In this document: one piece after another, positions 20,530-29,617 of the stretch
Numbering within the stretch: position 1 is the first letter of the stretch
Layout: every line of letters begins with the position of its first letter
Made by a program: the position numbers and the translations under genes
Source: a virus
Lineage: Duplodnaviria > Caudoviricetes
Virus record (IMG/VR): IMGVR_UViG_3300035670_000254
Coordinates: 1 to 56,903 of that record
Length of the DNA: 56,903 bases
Strand: one strand, 5' to 3'
Notes under the pieces: model-generated
What the model saw: only the letters and a program-made list of their open reading frames with translations
Told to the model about the DNA's origin: nothing
The model's database searches: none

Positions 20530-21420
20530 ATGTCTACAGGAACTATTAACCTGACAAATAAATCAGCAGCGGTTACTGGTAATGGAACATCATTCACAAC
20601 GGAATTAAAAGCTGGCGATCTCATTGTTGTTAAAATTGGTGGGACTCCTTACACCCTGCCTGTTAAAACAATTACAAGCAATACTCAGCTGACGCTTGTC
20701 AGTAATTACACGGGGCCAACTCAAAGCGGTGCCGCCTGGTTTGCCGTTCCTCAGGAAGCACAGAGTTTAATTACCGCGTCACTTGCCTCACAGACCGCCG
20801 AAGCCTTACGTGGACTTAACCTGGACAAAACAAACTGGCAGCAAATGTTTTCAGGCGCAGGTAATATCACCGTTACTCTACCAGACGGTAGCTCATGGAC
20901 TGGCCCATCATTGAATAGCATTAAAGATATGGTTGACGCTCTTTCACCTGTGGGGTCGATGTTAGTGTGGCCTTCTTTAAATCTTCCTGACAACTCAACT
21001 CTTGGAATTAAATACCTCAGGTTGAATGGGGCACCATTCGATAAAACGCTATACCCAAAATTAGCTTCTATTTATACGACAGGCGTTCTTCCCGATATGC
21101 GTGCTAACGTAGTCAGGGGATTTGATGATGGCAGGGGAGTAGATCAGGGGAGGGCAATGCTTTCGGAACAACTGGACGCAGCTCCTAATATTGTAGGGTC
21201 TTTTGCGCCATCGGTTGATTCCAGAGGATTTGGCACAGGCGCGATAACGTGCATAGGAGGCGTTGCAGCTGCGTACACAATAACGAGTGACACAACTTTC
21301 CTTCGTAGCGTGACTGCAACCATTGATGCATCAAAATCAAGTCCTTCTTATGGTCGTGGAAACTCAGCAGAAGTCAGAATGAGAAACATAGTCTGGAATA
21401 TGATAGTGAGGGCTTCGTAA
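20530..21420 (+). CDS. Side tail fibre with collar domain
   Basis: MSTGTINLTN...VTGNGTSF start; PVGS...LNGAPFDK.LYPKLA...LPDMR...RGFDDGRGVD; EVRMRNI. Confidence 0.85.
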   Translation: MSTGTINLTNKSAAVTGNGTSFTTELKAGDLIVVKIGGTPYTLPVKTITSNTQLTLVSNYTGPTQSGAAWFAVPQEAQSLITASLASQTAEALRGLNLDKTNWQQMFSGAGNITVTLPDGSSWTGPSLNSIKDMVDALSPVGSMLVWPSLNLPDNSTLGIKYLRLNGAPFDKTLYPKLASIYTTGVLPDMRANVVRGFDDGRGVDQGRAMLSEQLDAAPNIVGSFAPSVDSRGFGTGAITCIGGVAAAYTITSDTTFLRSVTATIDASKSSPSYGRGNSAEVRMRNIVWNMIVRAS

Positions 21421-22001
21421 TGGTATTCAATTCAAATGGTTTTGCTGAACAAGATTTCATCCAAAAAGTTTATATTGCAGACATCAGCGGGGAATACATA
21501 GGCACTTCCGAAGTCATGATTAGTAGAGGAACGGGACTTCCAGCTGGCGCATACCTCGACGCGCCGCCGCCTCTGCAAGAGGGAAAGGCGATAATCAGAA
21601 ATGCGAATGGATCTGCATGGATTATCACCTCAGATTATCGGGGCAAGACGGCCTATTCTACTGACAAAAGCAAGACCATGATTATTAATGAGCCTGGAGA
21701 CATTCCTGATGGGTTTACTTTGTCTGGTCCTCCCCGGGCATGGGAGTTTTGGGATGGAGAAAAGTGGCTACCCGACGATAAAGCACTCAAAGATATTCAG
21801 CAGAAAGAGGCAGTAGAAAGGAAAACGATGCTGATGAATGAAGCAAGCAACGAGATATCACTCCTTCAGGATGCTGTTGATCTTGGTATGGCAACAGAAG
21901 ATGAGACAACAAGACTTTTAGCCTTGAAAAAATTCAGAGTGTTATTAAGTCGTATAGACACGACTTCCGCTCCTGATATCTCATGGCCCATAGCGCCCTG
22001 A
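21420..22001 (+). CDS. tfa: Tail fibre assembly chaperone (Tfa)
   Basis: GTGLPA, DYRG, LQDAVDLGMATEDE...RVLLSRIDT.APDISWP. Confidence 0.88.
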   Translation: MVFNSNGFAEQDFIQKVYIADISGEYIGTSEVMISRGTGLPAGAYLDAPPPLQEGKAIIRNANGSAWIITSDYRGKTAYSTDKSKTMIINEPGDIPDGFTLSGPPRAWEFWDGEKWLPDDKALKDIQQKEAVERKTMLMNEASNEISLLQDAVDLGMATEDETTRLLALKKFRVLLSRIDTTSAPDISWPIAP

Positions 22002-22011
22002 TAGCAATCTA

Positions 22012-22210
22012 TGTGGCATGCATGGGGCAAAAAATTAGCGCAAAACAACTCAAAACCACGGAAGGTGTCGATTCGTCTTGCGCTTAGCTACAGGTGGGAC
22101 AGAAGTGAGACACGCAAGGCTTTGCACCGGTTTGCAGAGCTTTGCGTTCTCTGTGCCATATTTGTGACATGCACACAGAAACAAGATTCATCATCTTCCC
22201 TCTTGTGCCA
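22012..22210. repeat. Tandem arm-type integrase-site-like repeats (prophage att arm remnants)
   Basis: Three pairs with 11-bp period: TGTGGCA/TGGGGCA (22012, 22023), GTGGGACA/GTGAGACA (22094, 22105), TGTGCCAT/TGTGACAT (22152, 22163), plus TGTGCCA at 22204. Confidence 0.55.
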
Positions 22211-22274
22211 CTGACTTGATGGCTGTGAATGCGGTCAATGCCAGTAAAAACAGTTGGTTAAATGAGGTGCTTCA

Positions 22275-22321
22275 CATTCGTAATGCGAAGGTCGTAGGTT
22301 CGACTCCTATTATCGGCACCA
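22275..22321 (+). mobile_element. att core: 3' part of enterobacterial tRNA-Thr(CGT) thrW (P22-type attachment core); not a full tRNA
   Basis: CATTCGTAATGCGAAGGTCGTAGGTTCGACTCCTATTATCGGCACCA = anticodon arm, T-arm and CCA; the D-arm and 5' strand are absent. Confidence 0.88.
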
Positions 22322-22353
22322 CCCGCCGCCGTACTCCTTAGCACGCTGAATGA

Positions 22354-22601
22354 GCACCCACCTACCGGGCGGAACTGGTTATTCAACCGGCTCCTGGTGA
22401 ATCTGCTATAGGCTGGGCAAAGGTTACCAGTATGAATCCAGCAAGATGCACGGCACGTGACCCGTTCCCTAACCCGCCGTCGCAGGGGTATCCTCAGACT
22501 GTTAATATTAAGCCTGTAGCTGTTGATACGAATGGTACTGAAGTGAGGGTGGAAGCGTTTGGGCAGATGATTAGTATATTGGTCAAGACAACAGGAGCAT
22601 A
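22354..22601 (+). pseudogene. Startless 3' remnant of a gene (probably the displaced ancestral tail-end gene)
   Basis: 82-codon open frame APTYRAELVIQPAPGESAIGW...ILVKTTGA* with no initiator at its 5' end, ending just before the terminator. Confidence 0.4.
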
Positions 22602-22631
22602 AAAAGAAAGGGCGCTTCGGCGCCCTCTTTT
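22602..22631. terminator. Bidirectional terminator between convergent late and replication arms
   Basis: AAAGAAAGGGCGC-TTCG-GCGCCCTCTTTT. Confidence 0.85.
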
Positions 22632-22947
22632 ATTTGACCCAATTGTAAAAGTCTTTCACGTCAGGGTCGTCTTCGTATTCTTCACATCTTTCCTGAACTT
22701 CCAAATCTGTAGCCTTCCAGAGTGAGCAGCTCGTTTCAGAGATTCCTATGCTCCGCGAAAAGCGCATAAGCGCTATTGCCTGCTCATAGCATAGCTTTTG
22801 CTGGCCCTGGGGTTTATCCGCGCACAGCGAGGAAAGGATAGGGCTAATAACCCCGATCGGCTCCTGTTTAACAGGCGCAGCGTCCAGGTCTGCGGAAACT
22901 ACTAACCCGAACAAAAAAGCACAGAGAAAGTTCTTAAGATGTTTCAT
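22630..22947 (-). CDS. Secreted/periplasmic Cys-containing protein
   Basis: Signal-peptide-like MKHLKNFLCAFLFGLVVSADLDA; four Cys in the mature part. Confidence 0.55.
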   Translation of the reverse strand: MKHLKNFLCAFLFGLVVSADLDAAPVKQEPIGVISPILSSLCADKPQGQQKLCYEQAIALMRFSRSIGISETSCSLWKATDLEVQERCEEYEDDPDVKDFYNWVK

Positions 22948-23146
22948 CTTCTGGTTCCTTATAGTTGAAAGGTTTTTTCGGTACATCGGGAAGCTTGCCA
23001 AATTTACCGTGGTGCCCAGGCTTGCGCGCTACGTATAAGACACCTTGCGATTCAATAACGTTACCGCGATGATCGTAACGTTCTCTACGTTGAGTTTCAA
23101 GATTGTCATACCAACCTTTAGCCACCCAACGTTTCCTACTGCTCAT
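22934..23146 (-). CDS. Hypothetical protein
   Basis: Overlap-coupled ORF in operon. Confidence 0.5.
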   Translation of the reverse strand: MSSRKRWVAKGWYDNLETQRRERYDHRGNVIESQGVLYVARKPGHHGKFGKLPDVPKKPFNYKEPEDETS

Positions 23147-23400
23147 AGGCCCCACTCTTTACGTACAGTTTCTTCAATTGCGTAAAGAAATTCAAGGTAG
23201 TCAGAACATTCCTTAACGGTTCTAAACCAACCTAACCGTGAAACCATTCTTTTAGGTAAGCCTGCGGGATGATTATAATACAAATTAATTTCGGTGCCTT
23301 CCTGGCAAAGGGTAGGCTCAAGACCTTCCATTAGAAGTTCTTTGATGAGGGGGCGAAAAGCTTTTTTATGAATAGGCTGAAGATATTGTTTAACGATCAT
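23143..23400 (-). CDS. Hypothetical protein
   Basis: AAGGAG SD before ATG at 23400; upstream TTGACT...GATACT promoter-like site. Confidence 0.55.
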   Translation of the reverse strand: MIVKQYLQPIHKKAFRPLIKELLMEGLEPTLCQEGTEINLYYNHPAGLPKRMVSRLGWFRTVKECSDYLEFLYAIEETVRKEWGL

Positions 23401-23455
23401 AGATAGCTCCTTTGTCGGTATAAAGAGTATCGTCCCTGACACTCTTTCAAGTCAA

Positions 23456-25420
23456 CTACTGATAACCCATCATTTCCAAATATTTATTGGCCTTAGCGAT
23501 GTAAACATCATGGTTGAGGTTTTCGGGAAACTCATCAGGTAACTCCATCATAGGAACACCACCAGCTGAGTTGGTTACCTTGTTACCGGAAGCTGCATAG
23601 ACCATTTCAGGATAATCCTCGGGACCATAATACCAGCGTACAACTTTCCCTAAATAGTCACCGTTACACACAGCCCCGCCTTTAACGGCGCGTACAACCG
23701 CAAACTTGCGTATATCTTTACACTTAGTGATTGTTTCTTCTACTGGTATATTATCCTTCAACTTAGCCCGAACAGCTTCAATAATAATTTCCCCGCTTGG
23801 GTTTTTAGACAGACCTGAGTCTGCAAACCAACCCTTGCATTTGAGCTTACCTTTATCATCTATCGCTACGTAGTTGTTAACGTTCGCAGAATAGAGCGCA
23901 CGATAGAAGTTGGATTCCATTTCAAATCCTGTTTGTTTCTCCCACCATTTGATAATTTGTTCGACCAGTGGTTCCTGCTCTTCGGGATAGTCAATAACAA
24001 TACCATCAGTGTTGGCAGATATAACAGGTATTCCCATCAGCTCGAAAGCTTCAATTAACATCAGCAAGGAAAGCTGACCTGTAATTGTTACCTGAATGAG
24101 TAGTTGCGGCGCATACAAGACTGACCACATTGAACCCAGCTTACCGAATGAACCGTTGATAACGATCTTCAGTGTTTGTGCTGTTTTCTTGTCACCAGTA
24201 TGTTTCGCGCGAACACGTCGATCTACAATCTTCTTATAGACGCGAAGGAATACTTCACCCAAATGCTCGGGGAATAAGCGTTGGCCAAGTATCACGCTCG
24301 GGTAATAAGAGGTAACGTCGATATCACGCTTCTTCCGGCCTTTTACATAATGGTGGCAGGCTTTTTCTTCAGTTGAGTGCAAACCACCAATACCCATCTG
24401 ATAACTTGCGTTACCGATATTGATGCGCAAGTTTTTTAGCTGCCAGGGTAGTTCAACAGAACCTTTTTCGCTAATGACGAAGTCGCATTTCTTAATCAAG
24501 TCAATAACGCTATTCATCAGCGGTGTCTGGTAAACTAGGAAGCGAGGCACGTTATATTTATATCTACGCCCTGGCTCCACCTTAGCACGCTGTACGCGCT
24601 TCCTCGTTATGCGCTGTATTTCGTGGCGTATAACATCCTCTGCGATTTGGGCATCCGAACGGGAACGAAGGTCAACACCGTATTCTTGTGACATGATCTC
24701 CCGAAGATGTATTTCATCTTGAAGCGACAAGTAAAGCGCTTCGGTAGCATCCAGGTCGTTGATACAGTAATGAAGAACTATTACCATATGGTTCCGCGTT
24801 AGCATCATGTTAGGCGGGAATGGTAAATCCTGAAGTCTCTTACGATGCAGACGGCCCGCACGTTGTTTCAATGAACCGCCAGCGGGTGCAACTTCCATGA
24901 CGTCAATGTGGTTAAGCTTCAGACGTTCCAGTTCTGCGTTTTTGAGTATGTCGCTTGGCCGCCAGTCTTCGGTAATGATACGATCGCTGGCTTCTTTAAG
25001 CTCTGCGTTAGTTGCACCAGCAAGGGCCAGAGTGAGAATAGGTTCGTCGTATCCTAAACCGTTATAGCTGATTAAGAGTACGTTATGAGCTACCCAACTT
25101 AACCATTCAACATTTAGTTCGCATCCCAGATACTTTTCAAAGTAGATTACTTTTTGAGTCAGGATATTTCGGAAAGCTATCAAGAAATAGTTAGGGTAAC
25201 ACTCGATATCGAAAACATGGGGTTCACCATTTTTAACAGCTTTGACTAGTTCTTCTTGACTATAGCGGTTATAAACAGCGCGCAAAGCTACCTCAAGGCC
25301 TGGCAGATAGTCAGGCCTTTCCCAGGTGCGTTCTGGGGGAGTTCGTTTAATTTTTTCTTTCTTAACTTTTGGAGGAGGCGGCAAGTCTTGCCAGAATAAT
25401 CCAATAGCATCAGTTCTCAT
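23456..25420 (-). CDS. DNA polymerase, family B
   Basis: Exo FDIE, YNGLGYD, YCINDL; pol DVTSYYPS, KIVINGSFGK, SANTDG. Confidence 0.92.
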   Translation of the reverse strand: MRTDAIGLFWQDLPPPPKVKKEKIKRTPPERTWERPDYLPGLEVALRAVYNRYSQEELVKAVKNGEPHVFDIECYPNYFLIAFRNILTQKVIYFEKYLGCELNVEWLSWVAHNVLLISYNGLGYDEPILTLALAGATNAELKEASDRIITEDWRPSDILKNAELERLKLNHIDVMEVAPAGGSLKQRAGRLHRKRLQDLPFPPNMMLTRNHMVIVLHYCINDLDATEALYLSLQDEIHLREIMSQEYGVDLRSRSDAQIAEDVIRHEIQRITRKRVQRAKVEPGRRYKYNVPRFLVYQTPLMNSVIDLIKKCDFVISEKGSVELPWQLKNLRINIGNASYQMGIGGLHSTEEKACHHYVKGRKKRDIDVTSYYPSVILGQRLFPEHLGEVFLRVYKKIVDRRVRAKHTGDKKTAQTLKIVINGSFGKLGSMWSVLYAPQLLIQVTITGQLSLLMLIEAFELMGIPVISANTDGIVIDYPEEQEPLVEQIIKWWEKQTGFEMESNFYRALYSANVNNYVAIDDKGKLKCKGWFADSGLSKNPSGEIIIEAVRAKLKDNIPVEETITKCKDIRKFAVVRAVKGGAVCNGDYLGKVVRWYYGPEDYPEMVYAASGNKVTNSAGGVPMMELPDEFPENLNHDVYIAKANKYLEMMGYQ

Positions 25421-26373
25421 GGTCTTTGTCCTACCAGTATGCCACGAAAATTTTTACCAAAGAATGTACACGGATTCGGATACAAAGTTAAGTCTGCGGT
25501 ATCCACATTGTTCTTAAGCAACATCAACATTTCTAAAGCATAGATGCCATGAACAGTTTCAGATTGCATGTTGTATGACGCACCTTCTGTTTCGTCTGCG
25601 TGGGTGCGAACAACTCCATTTTCGATATATACGCGCCCGTTATCCGTTGCAAACGGCTTCAGCTTCTCCAGGGCGTCAAACAACGTCGGGTCGATAGTTT
25701 GCGGATTGCTTTCCTGGCTTAACATCTTTTCAACTTGAACAGGCCATCCGTTTTCCATCAAGGTGCTACGCATCCAACAGCCCGACTCATAATGGAAAGT
25801 GATAGAATTTTCGGTTACCTGCGCTCGAACTGGAGTTTCTTTAATCTTAACCAGCGCTTCGACAGCATCAGAAGACAATACAACATCAAGAGGGAATGGG
25901 CTTCCAAACCAATATTGAGCAAGGCAGACGTTGTTGGTTGCAAATGCTGAACCTCCCTTAATAAGGACAGACATACTAAATCGCCTACTAGCATCAGAGC
26001 CGATAAAAGGACCCACAGTTTTAAGAGCGGTGATAAGTTCTGCTCCGTTAATCTCATACATTTCCCCTTCAGGGTCAACGTGCGCGCCGATTTTATCCGT
26101 ACAGGGTATATTGGCTTTAAACGCACCAGATTTAATATTTAACTTACCGTTTGCCAGCATAGTTAGCTGTGTTGCGCTTTCGCAGTTTGCTATAGCCTTT
26201 AGCATTGGGATAGCTTGCGGGGCGCACTCTAAGCTCAACGGGATAGGCGCAGCCATAGCAATGACACCATTAGTGGCCCGGACCATTCCCTCTTTGATCA
26301 AAAAGTGCGTAGTGCCTTCAACAAAGGCTCGCTTACCTACCGCAGATGATGCGAACTTGAGAGCGTCAAGCAT
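25417..26373 (-). CDS. DNA polymerase processivity clamp (DnaN/beta-like)
   Basis: Repeated ATNG/ATNN beta-clamp-type motifs; adjacent to PolB. Confidence 0.7.
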   Translation of the reverse strand: MLDALKFASSAVGKRAFVEGTTHFLIKEGMVRATNGVIAMAAPIPLSLECAPQAIPMLKAIANCESATQLTMLANGKLNIKSGAFKANIPCTDKIGAHVDPEGEMYEINGAELITALKTVGPFIGSDASRRFSMSVLIKGGSAFATNNVCLAQYWFGSPFPLDVVLSSDAVEALVKIKETPVRAQVTENSITFHYESGCWMRSTLMENGWPVQVEKMLSQESNPQTIDPTLFDALEKLKPFATDNGRVYIENGVVRTHADETEGASYNMQSETVHGIYALEMLMLLKNNVDTADLTLYPNPCTFFGKNFRGILVGQRP

Positions 26374-26545
26374 GAGTGTCTTCTCTTATCAGATAGATTT
26401 CACTTTTCCAAGGTTCCTTGAAATCAATATGCTTAATTTCAATCCTTGTTCCCGGAAACTTCATAGCCTGTTCAATTTCATCTATCCGCCACATAGCAGG
26501 AGGAACATTAGCCATCTCCTGACAATTGCGAAGTATGTTAGCCAT
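26366..26545 (-). CDS. 59-aa hypothetical protein (not in the ORF track)
   Basis: MANILRNCQEMANVPPAMWRIDEIEQAMKFPGTRIEIKHIDFKEPWKSEIYLIREDTHA; start and stop overlap both neighbours. Confidence 0.55.
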   Translation of the reverse strand: MANILRNCQEMANVPPAMWRIDEIEQAMKFPGTRIEIKHIDFKEPWKSEIYLIREDTHA

Positions 26546-27141
26546 TATGGTAACTCCATCCGAGCATTATAAGCCTCATATGCTTGTTTGATTAGTGGGA
26601 GCATGTGGTCGTATCTACTTACCCCGGACCCGTCGCAAGTATGTGCGCCTAATACATGGTACAGCATAAACCTCGCAGGACCGTTAACACGACCAATGTG
26701 AACGTGCTTACCTTTAGCCAGGGCATCCAGCACAGCATCTTGAGCTTCTTCTGATTCTTTGAATTTGTCTGTTCCCCCAATAAATAAAGCTCCAGCCTCA
26801 TCGGGCATACCATTATATCCATCTTGCGCAACAAAAGCTTTAACATAACCATCAGCGAGATGGTTAAAATCATTCCACATTTGTTGTGTTGTGATATGGC
26901 AGCCAACTTTATCGGGTATGCAAACAAATAAACATTGAGTTCTTTGTTCCCATTCTCTCTTAAGGAGAGATATGAACTCTTTTTCTCTTAGGCCGCTAAA
27001 CGCCCCGTTGTCAATCGCATATACAGGTTCACCTCGGCGATAACGAGTTAAAGGCGTTAAGAGCTGACCCGCGATACCTTCAGCCCATTGCAATTTTCTA
27101 AATGCTACTCTATCCCTGTGCCCATCTATCAGAAATTGCAT
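26545..27141 (-). CDS. Second, minimal TGT/DpdA-fold protein
   Basis: YAIDNGAF, IPDKVG, VAQDG, LFIGG, HIGRVN, TCDGSG motifs parallel the TGT barrel motifs. Confidence 0.65.
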   Translation of the reverse strand: MQFLIDGHRDRVAFRKLQWAEGIAGQLLTPLTRYRRGEPVYAIDNGAFSGLREKEFISLLKREWEQRTQCLFVCIPDKVGCHITTQQMWNDFNHLADGYVKAFVAQDGYNGMPDEAGALFIGGTDKFKESEEAQDAVLDALAKGKHVHIGRVNGPARFMLYHVLGAHTCDGSGVSRYDHMLPLIKQAYEAYNARMELP

Positions 27142-27143
27142 CG

Positions 27144-28067
27144 TCAGAACAACTCCATTATTTTTGGTTCGAAAACACGCGAATGTTTATCCTTGTTGAT
27201 GCGCTCTGCTATTTGCCGATAGCTCCACATGTTGAAGGTTGCGCGTGTTTCGTAAATTGTGGTCAAACGTTGTAAATCGAACCCCGACTCTTCAATAACT
27301 TGGTCTATATAAGCCCGCTCGAGGGGGTTGAGAGTAAGAACGTGCCTTCCGGCTTCGTGAATGGTGCCAGCTTTCTCTGAAACTCGATAAGGTACTCCGG
27401 TCGGGATGAACATCGATCCATAAGCTCCGAACTGAATCCAGGATGAAGAATCAACGGAATACCACGGGTATCTTTCCATGACTCGGACAGATGTGATACC
27501 GAAAGCATGGAACTTAGCTTTTGGACGTCCTGCACCGTCAATGATGTATTTTTCCCAGATACGATCGAGCCAGATGATAAGTTGCTCAACAGTTTTTCCG
27601 ACCATGCCGCCGAGTGTGATGTAGGGATATTTAGACATGTAATATTCAAGATATCTCTCATCCTCGCCGAAGTGAAAACAGGGTAGTGGAGTAACTCCTC
27701 TGGCTTCCATTTCATTTTGATTGCGCCAAGTCTGTAAGGGGTCGCCAATCCCATCAAGGACTGAAGCCATGATGACGCCGTCGTCTTTTCTGATGATATC
27801 TTCGTTTTCTTGAATGTAGCGACAATAGCCAGGTAGGCTGATCGTTGCTCCCATGTTCCAAGCAGAGAAAGCCCCTGAGTCAAGAAACACTTGAGCTCCG
27901 TCGGCTCGCATTTCATCAACGTATTTTTGGCGATTAACATAGTGATAGGATTCCAATATGTTGGGGATGGTATCCACAATTTCAGCTTCGCGTTCGTTCA
28001 GCTTCGGATACGTCGACTGACCCTTGCGAAAGCTGTTAGTATAAACCGCAGCAAGGTATAGATTCAT
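27144..28067 (-). CDS. dpdA: 7-deazaguanine DNA transglycosylase
   Basis: FLDSGAFSAW, LDGIGD, PCFHFGE, LGGMV, HAFG, SVDSSSW; adjacent to folE/que genes. Confidence 0.85.
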   Translation of the reverse strand: MNLYLAAVYTNSFRKGQSTYPKLNEREAEIVDTIPNILESYHYVNRQKYVDEMRADGAQVFLDSGAFSAWNMGATISLPGYCRYIQENEDIIRKDDGVIMASVLDGIGDPLQTWRNQNEMEARGVTPLPCFHFGEDERYLEYYMSKYPYITLGGMVGKTVEQLIIWLDRIWEKYIIDGAGRPKAKFHAFGITSVRVMERYPWYSVDSSSWIQFGAYGSMFIPTGVPYRVSEKAGTIHEAGRHVLTLNPLERAYIDQVIEESGFDLQRLTTIYETRATFNMWSYRQIAERINKDKHSRVFEPKIMELF

Positions 28068-28300
28068 GATTGCTCCACTAACTTAAACCAGGTTTCTACA
28101 CGCTCTTCAACAATGCGCTGGGCATTCTCAAACGTTTTGTAGGTATTACCCGTTTTCGGGAGTCCTGGCAACAGCATCGAAATGTTGAACTGAGTCTCGC
28201 CCGAAGCTTGCCAGCTAATTGCAGCTACTTTGATATTATTAATGTACGCCAGGCGAGCGTCACGAAATTTATGTTTACCTTCACGCCAAGTTAGCTTCAT
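28064..28300 (-). CDS. Hypothetical protein
   Basis: GGAG SD; coupled to dpdA start. Confidence 0.55.
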   Translation of the reverse strand: MKLTWREGKHKFRDARLAYINNIKVAAISWQASGETQFNISMLLPGLPKTGNTYKTFENAQRIVEERVETWFKLVEQS

Positions 28301-28314
28301 TTATTATCTCCAAT

Positions 28315-28336
28315 AAAAAAGGCCCCGTAGGGCCTT
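28315..28336 (-). terminator. Terminator after folE
   Basis: Minus strand AAGGCCC-TACG-GGGCCTTTTTT. Confidence 0.75.
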
Positions 28337-28357
28337 AGTATAACATACGACTTTATA

Positions 28358-29005
28358 TCATTTACAGGCTTCAAGAAACTCGCGACGCCATGTATCTGCT
28401 TCAAGGTAATGCTCAATGGTGCTAATATCCGTAGCTCCCCGGAAAGCTTTGGTAATCGTGCTGGAGCCGCAGGACTGTTTAACTCCGCGCGACTCCATGC
28501 ACATATGGCGAGCGTCGATGTAGACGCATACGGCCTTCGGTTGCAGGTGTTCGTTAATTGCATCTGCGATCTGGTTAGTCAGACGTTCCTGAACCTGGAG
28601 GCGGCGGGCAAAAGCGTCAACCACACGGCTCAATTTACTGAGCCCGACAATTTTACCGTTGGGCACATAACCCACTACCGCGCGACCGATGATGGGGGCC
28701 ATGTGATGTTCGCAATGGCTATAAACCGGGATATCACGAACGATAACCATTTCGTTGGTACCTTCTGCACCGTCTTCGAACACTTTGAACAGATCGGCGA
28801 TTTCAACTTTATAACCGCCGAACCAGGTTTCATAAGCTTTCGCGACACGATCAGGGGTTTCAATGAGGCCCGGGCGCAGAAGCATACCTTCAGAACCGCC
28901 TTCGATGATGTTCAGGATACCGCTGATATAATAAGCGATTTCGTCACGTTGAGGATTTTCGGAATCTGATTCTGCTTTAATACCGTTCAGTTTTAACTGT
29001 TCCAT
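28358..29005 (-). CDS. folE: GTP cyclohydrolase I
   Basis: GLIETPDRVAK, SHCEHHMAP, GLSKLSR, RRLQVQERLT, HMCMESRGV. Confidence 0.95.
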   Translation of the reverse strand: MEQLKLNGIKAESDSENPQRDEIAYYISGILNIIEGGSEGMLLRPGLIETPDRVAKAYETWFGGYKVEIADLFKVFEDGAEGTNEMVIVRDIPVYSHCEHHMAPIIGRAVVGYVPNGKIVGLSKLSRVVDAFARRLQVQERLTNQIADAINEHLQPKAVCVYIDARHMCMESRGVKQSCGSSTITKAFRGATDISTIEHYLEADTWRREFLEACK

Positions 29006-29577
29006 TATTTGCTGTACTCCACATGGCATTTAGAAGTTTCTTCGATGACGCATTTTACCAGCTCAACGCCATGTTCGGCAAGCAACATCGGGCCAATAAC
29101 GTCGACCATATGAGCGGCCAGGTTTTCAGCGGTAGGGTTGAAAGGCAGCGATACCAGCGAATTGAAGAAATGATTTTGATCATTTTCTGAGATGTACTCT
29201 GCCATTTCCTCTTCAAATTCCACCAGGGTTTTCAAACCATTGATCAGATCATCCTTTTCCCAATGCAGGAATTTATGATCCCAATTATCTTCCAGCCACT
29301 GGCAGAGTGTAGTCTTAACAACACTGAAGTCGATAACGCGACCAACATCGTCCAGCTTGGTACGATCGTTAACCGTCATGTTGCGGTAAGTCGGTTTAAA
29401 TCCTTGGCCCGGAATATGGGCAGCTTTACCCGTTGCGACCGCCACAGTTTTCATTTTCGGCGCGACGTGGAAGTGAAACACGTAATTGTGGCCATGCAGG
29501 TGGCGGCATTTGCTTTCGTGACCTACAACACGATGGCCCGCGCAAATTTCATGTGAACGAATAACTTTGTAAGACAT
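29005..29577 (-). CDS. queD: 6-carboxytetrahydropterin synthase
   Basis: AGHRV...CRHLHGHNY, IDFS, DHKFL, PTAENLA, EET. Confidence 0.9.
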   Translation of the reverse strand: MSYKVIRSHEICAGHRVVGHESKCRHLHGHNYVFHFHVAPKMKTVAVATGKAAHIPGQGFKPTYRNMTVNDRTKLDDVGRVIDFSVVKTTLCQWLEDNWDHKFLHWEKDDLINGLKTLVEFEEEMAEYISENDQNHFFNSLVSLPFNPTAENLAAHMVDVIGPMLLAEHGVELVKCVIEETSKCHVEYSK

Positions 29578-29617
29578 TTTATTTCTCCAGTTGAAGCCAT
29601 CCTTGGCTAGCCCGACA

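Noticed and set aside
20530-22001. Invertible tail-fibre cassette or diversity-generating retroelement
   Set aside because: No invertase, reverse transcriptase, inverted crossover sites or template/variable repeat pair seen
22011-22214. 67-aa ORF after tfa
   Set aside because: No clear SD and it overlies att-arm-like repeats; probably spurious
22250-22321. Functional tRNA-Thr gene
   Set aside because: Only the anticodon arm to CCA is present; upstream bases do not form the D-arm or 5' acceptor strand
27305-27979. 224-aa alternate-frame ORF inside dpdA
   Set aside because: Ser/Leu-rich with no motif or SD; likely a frame shadow
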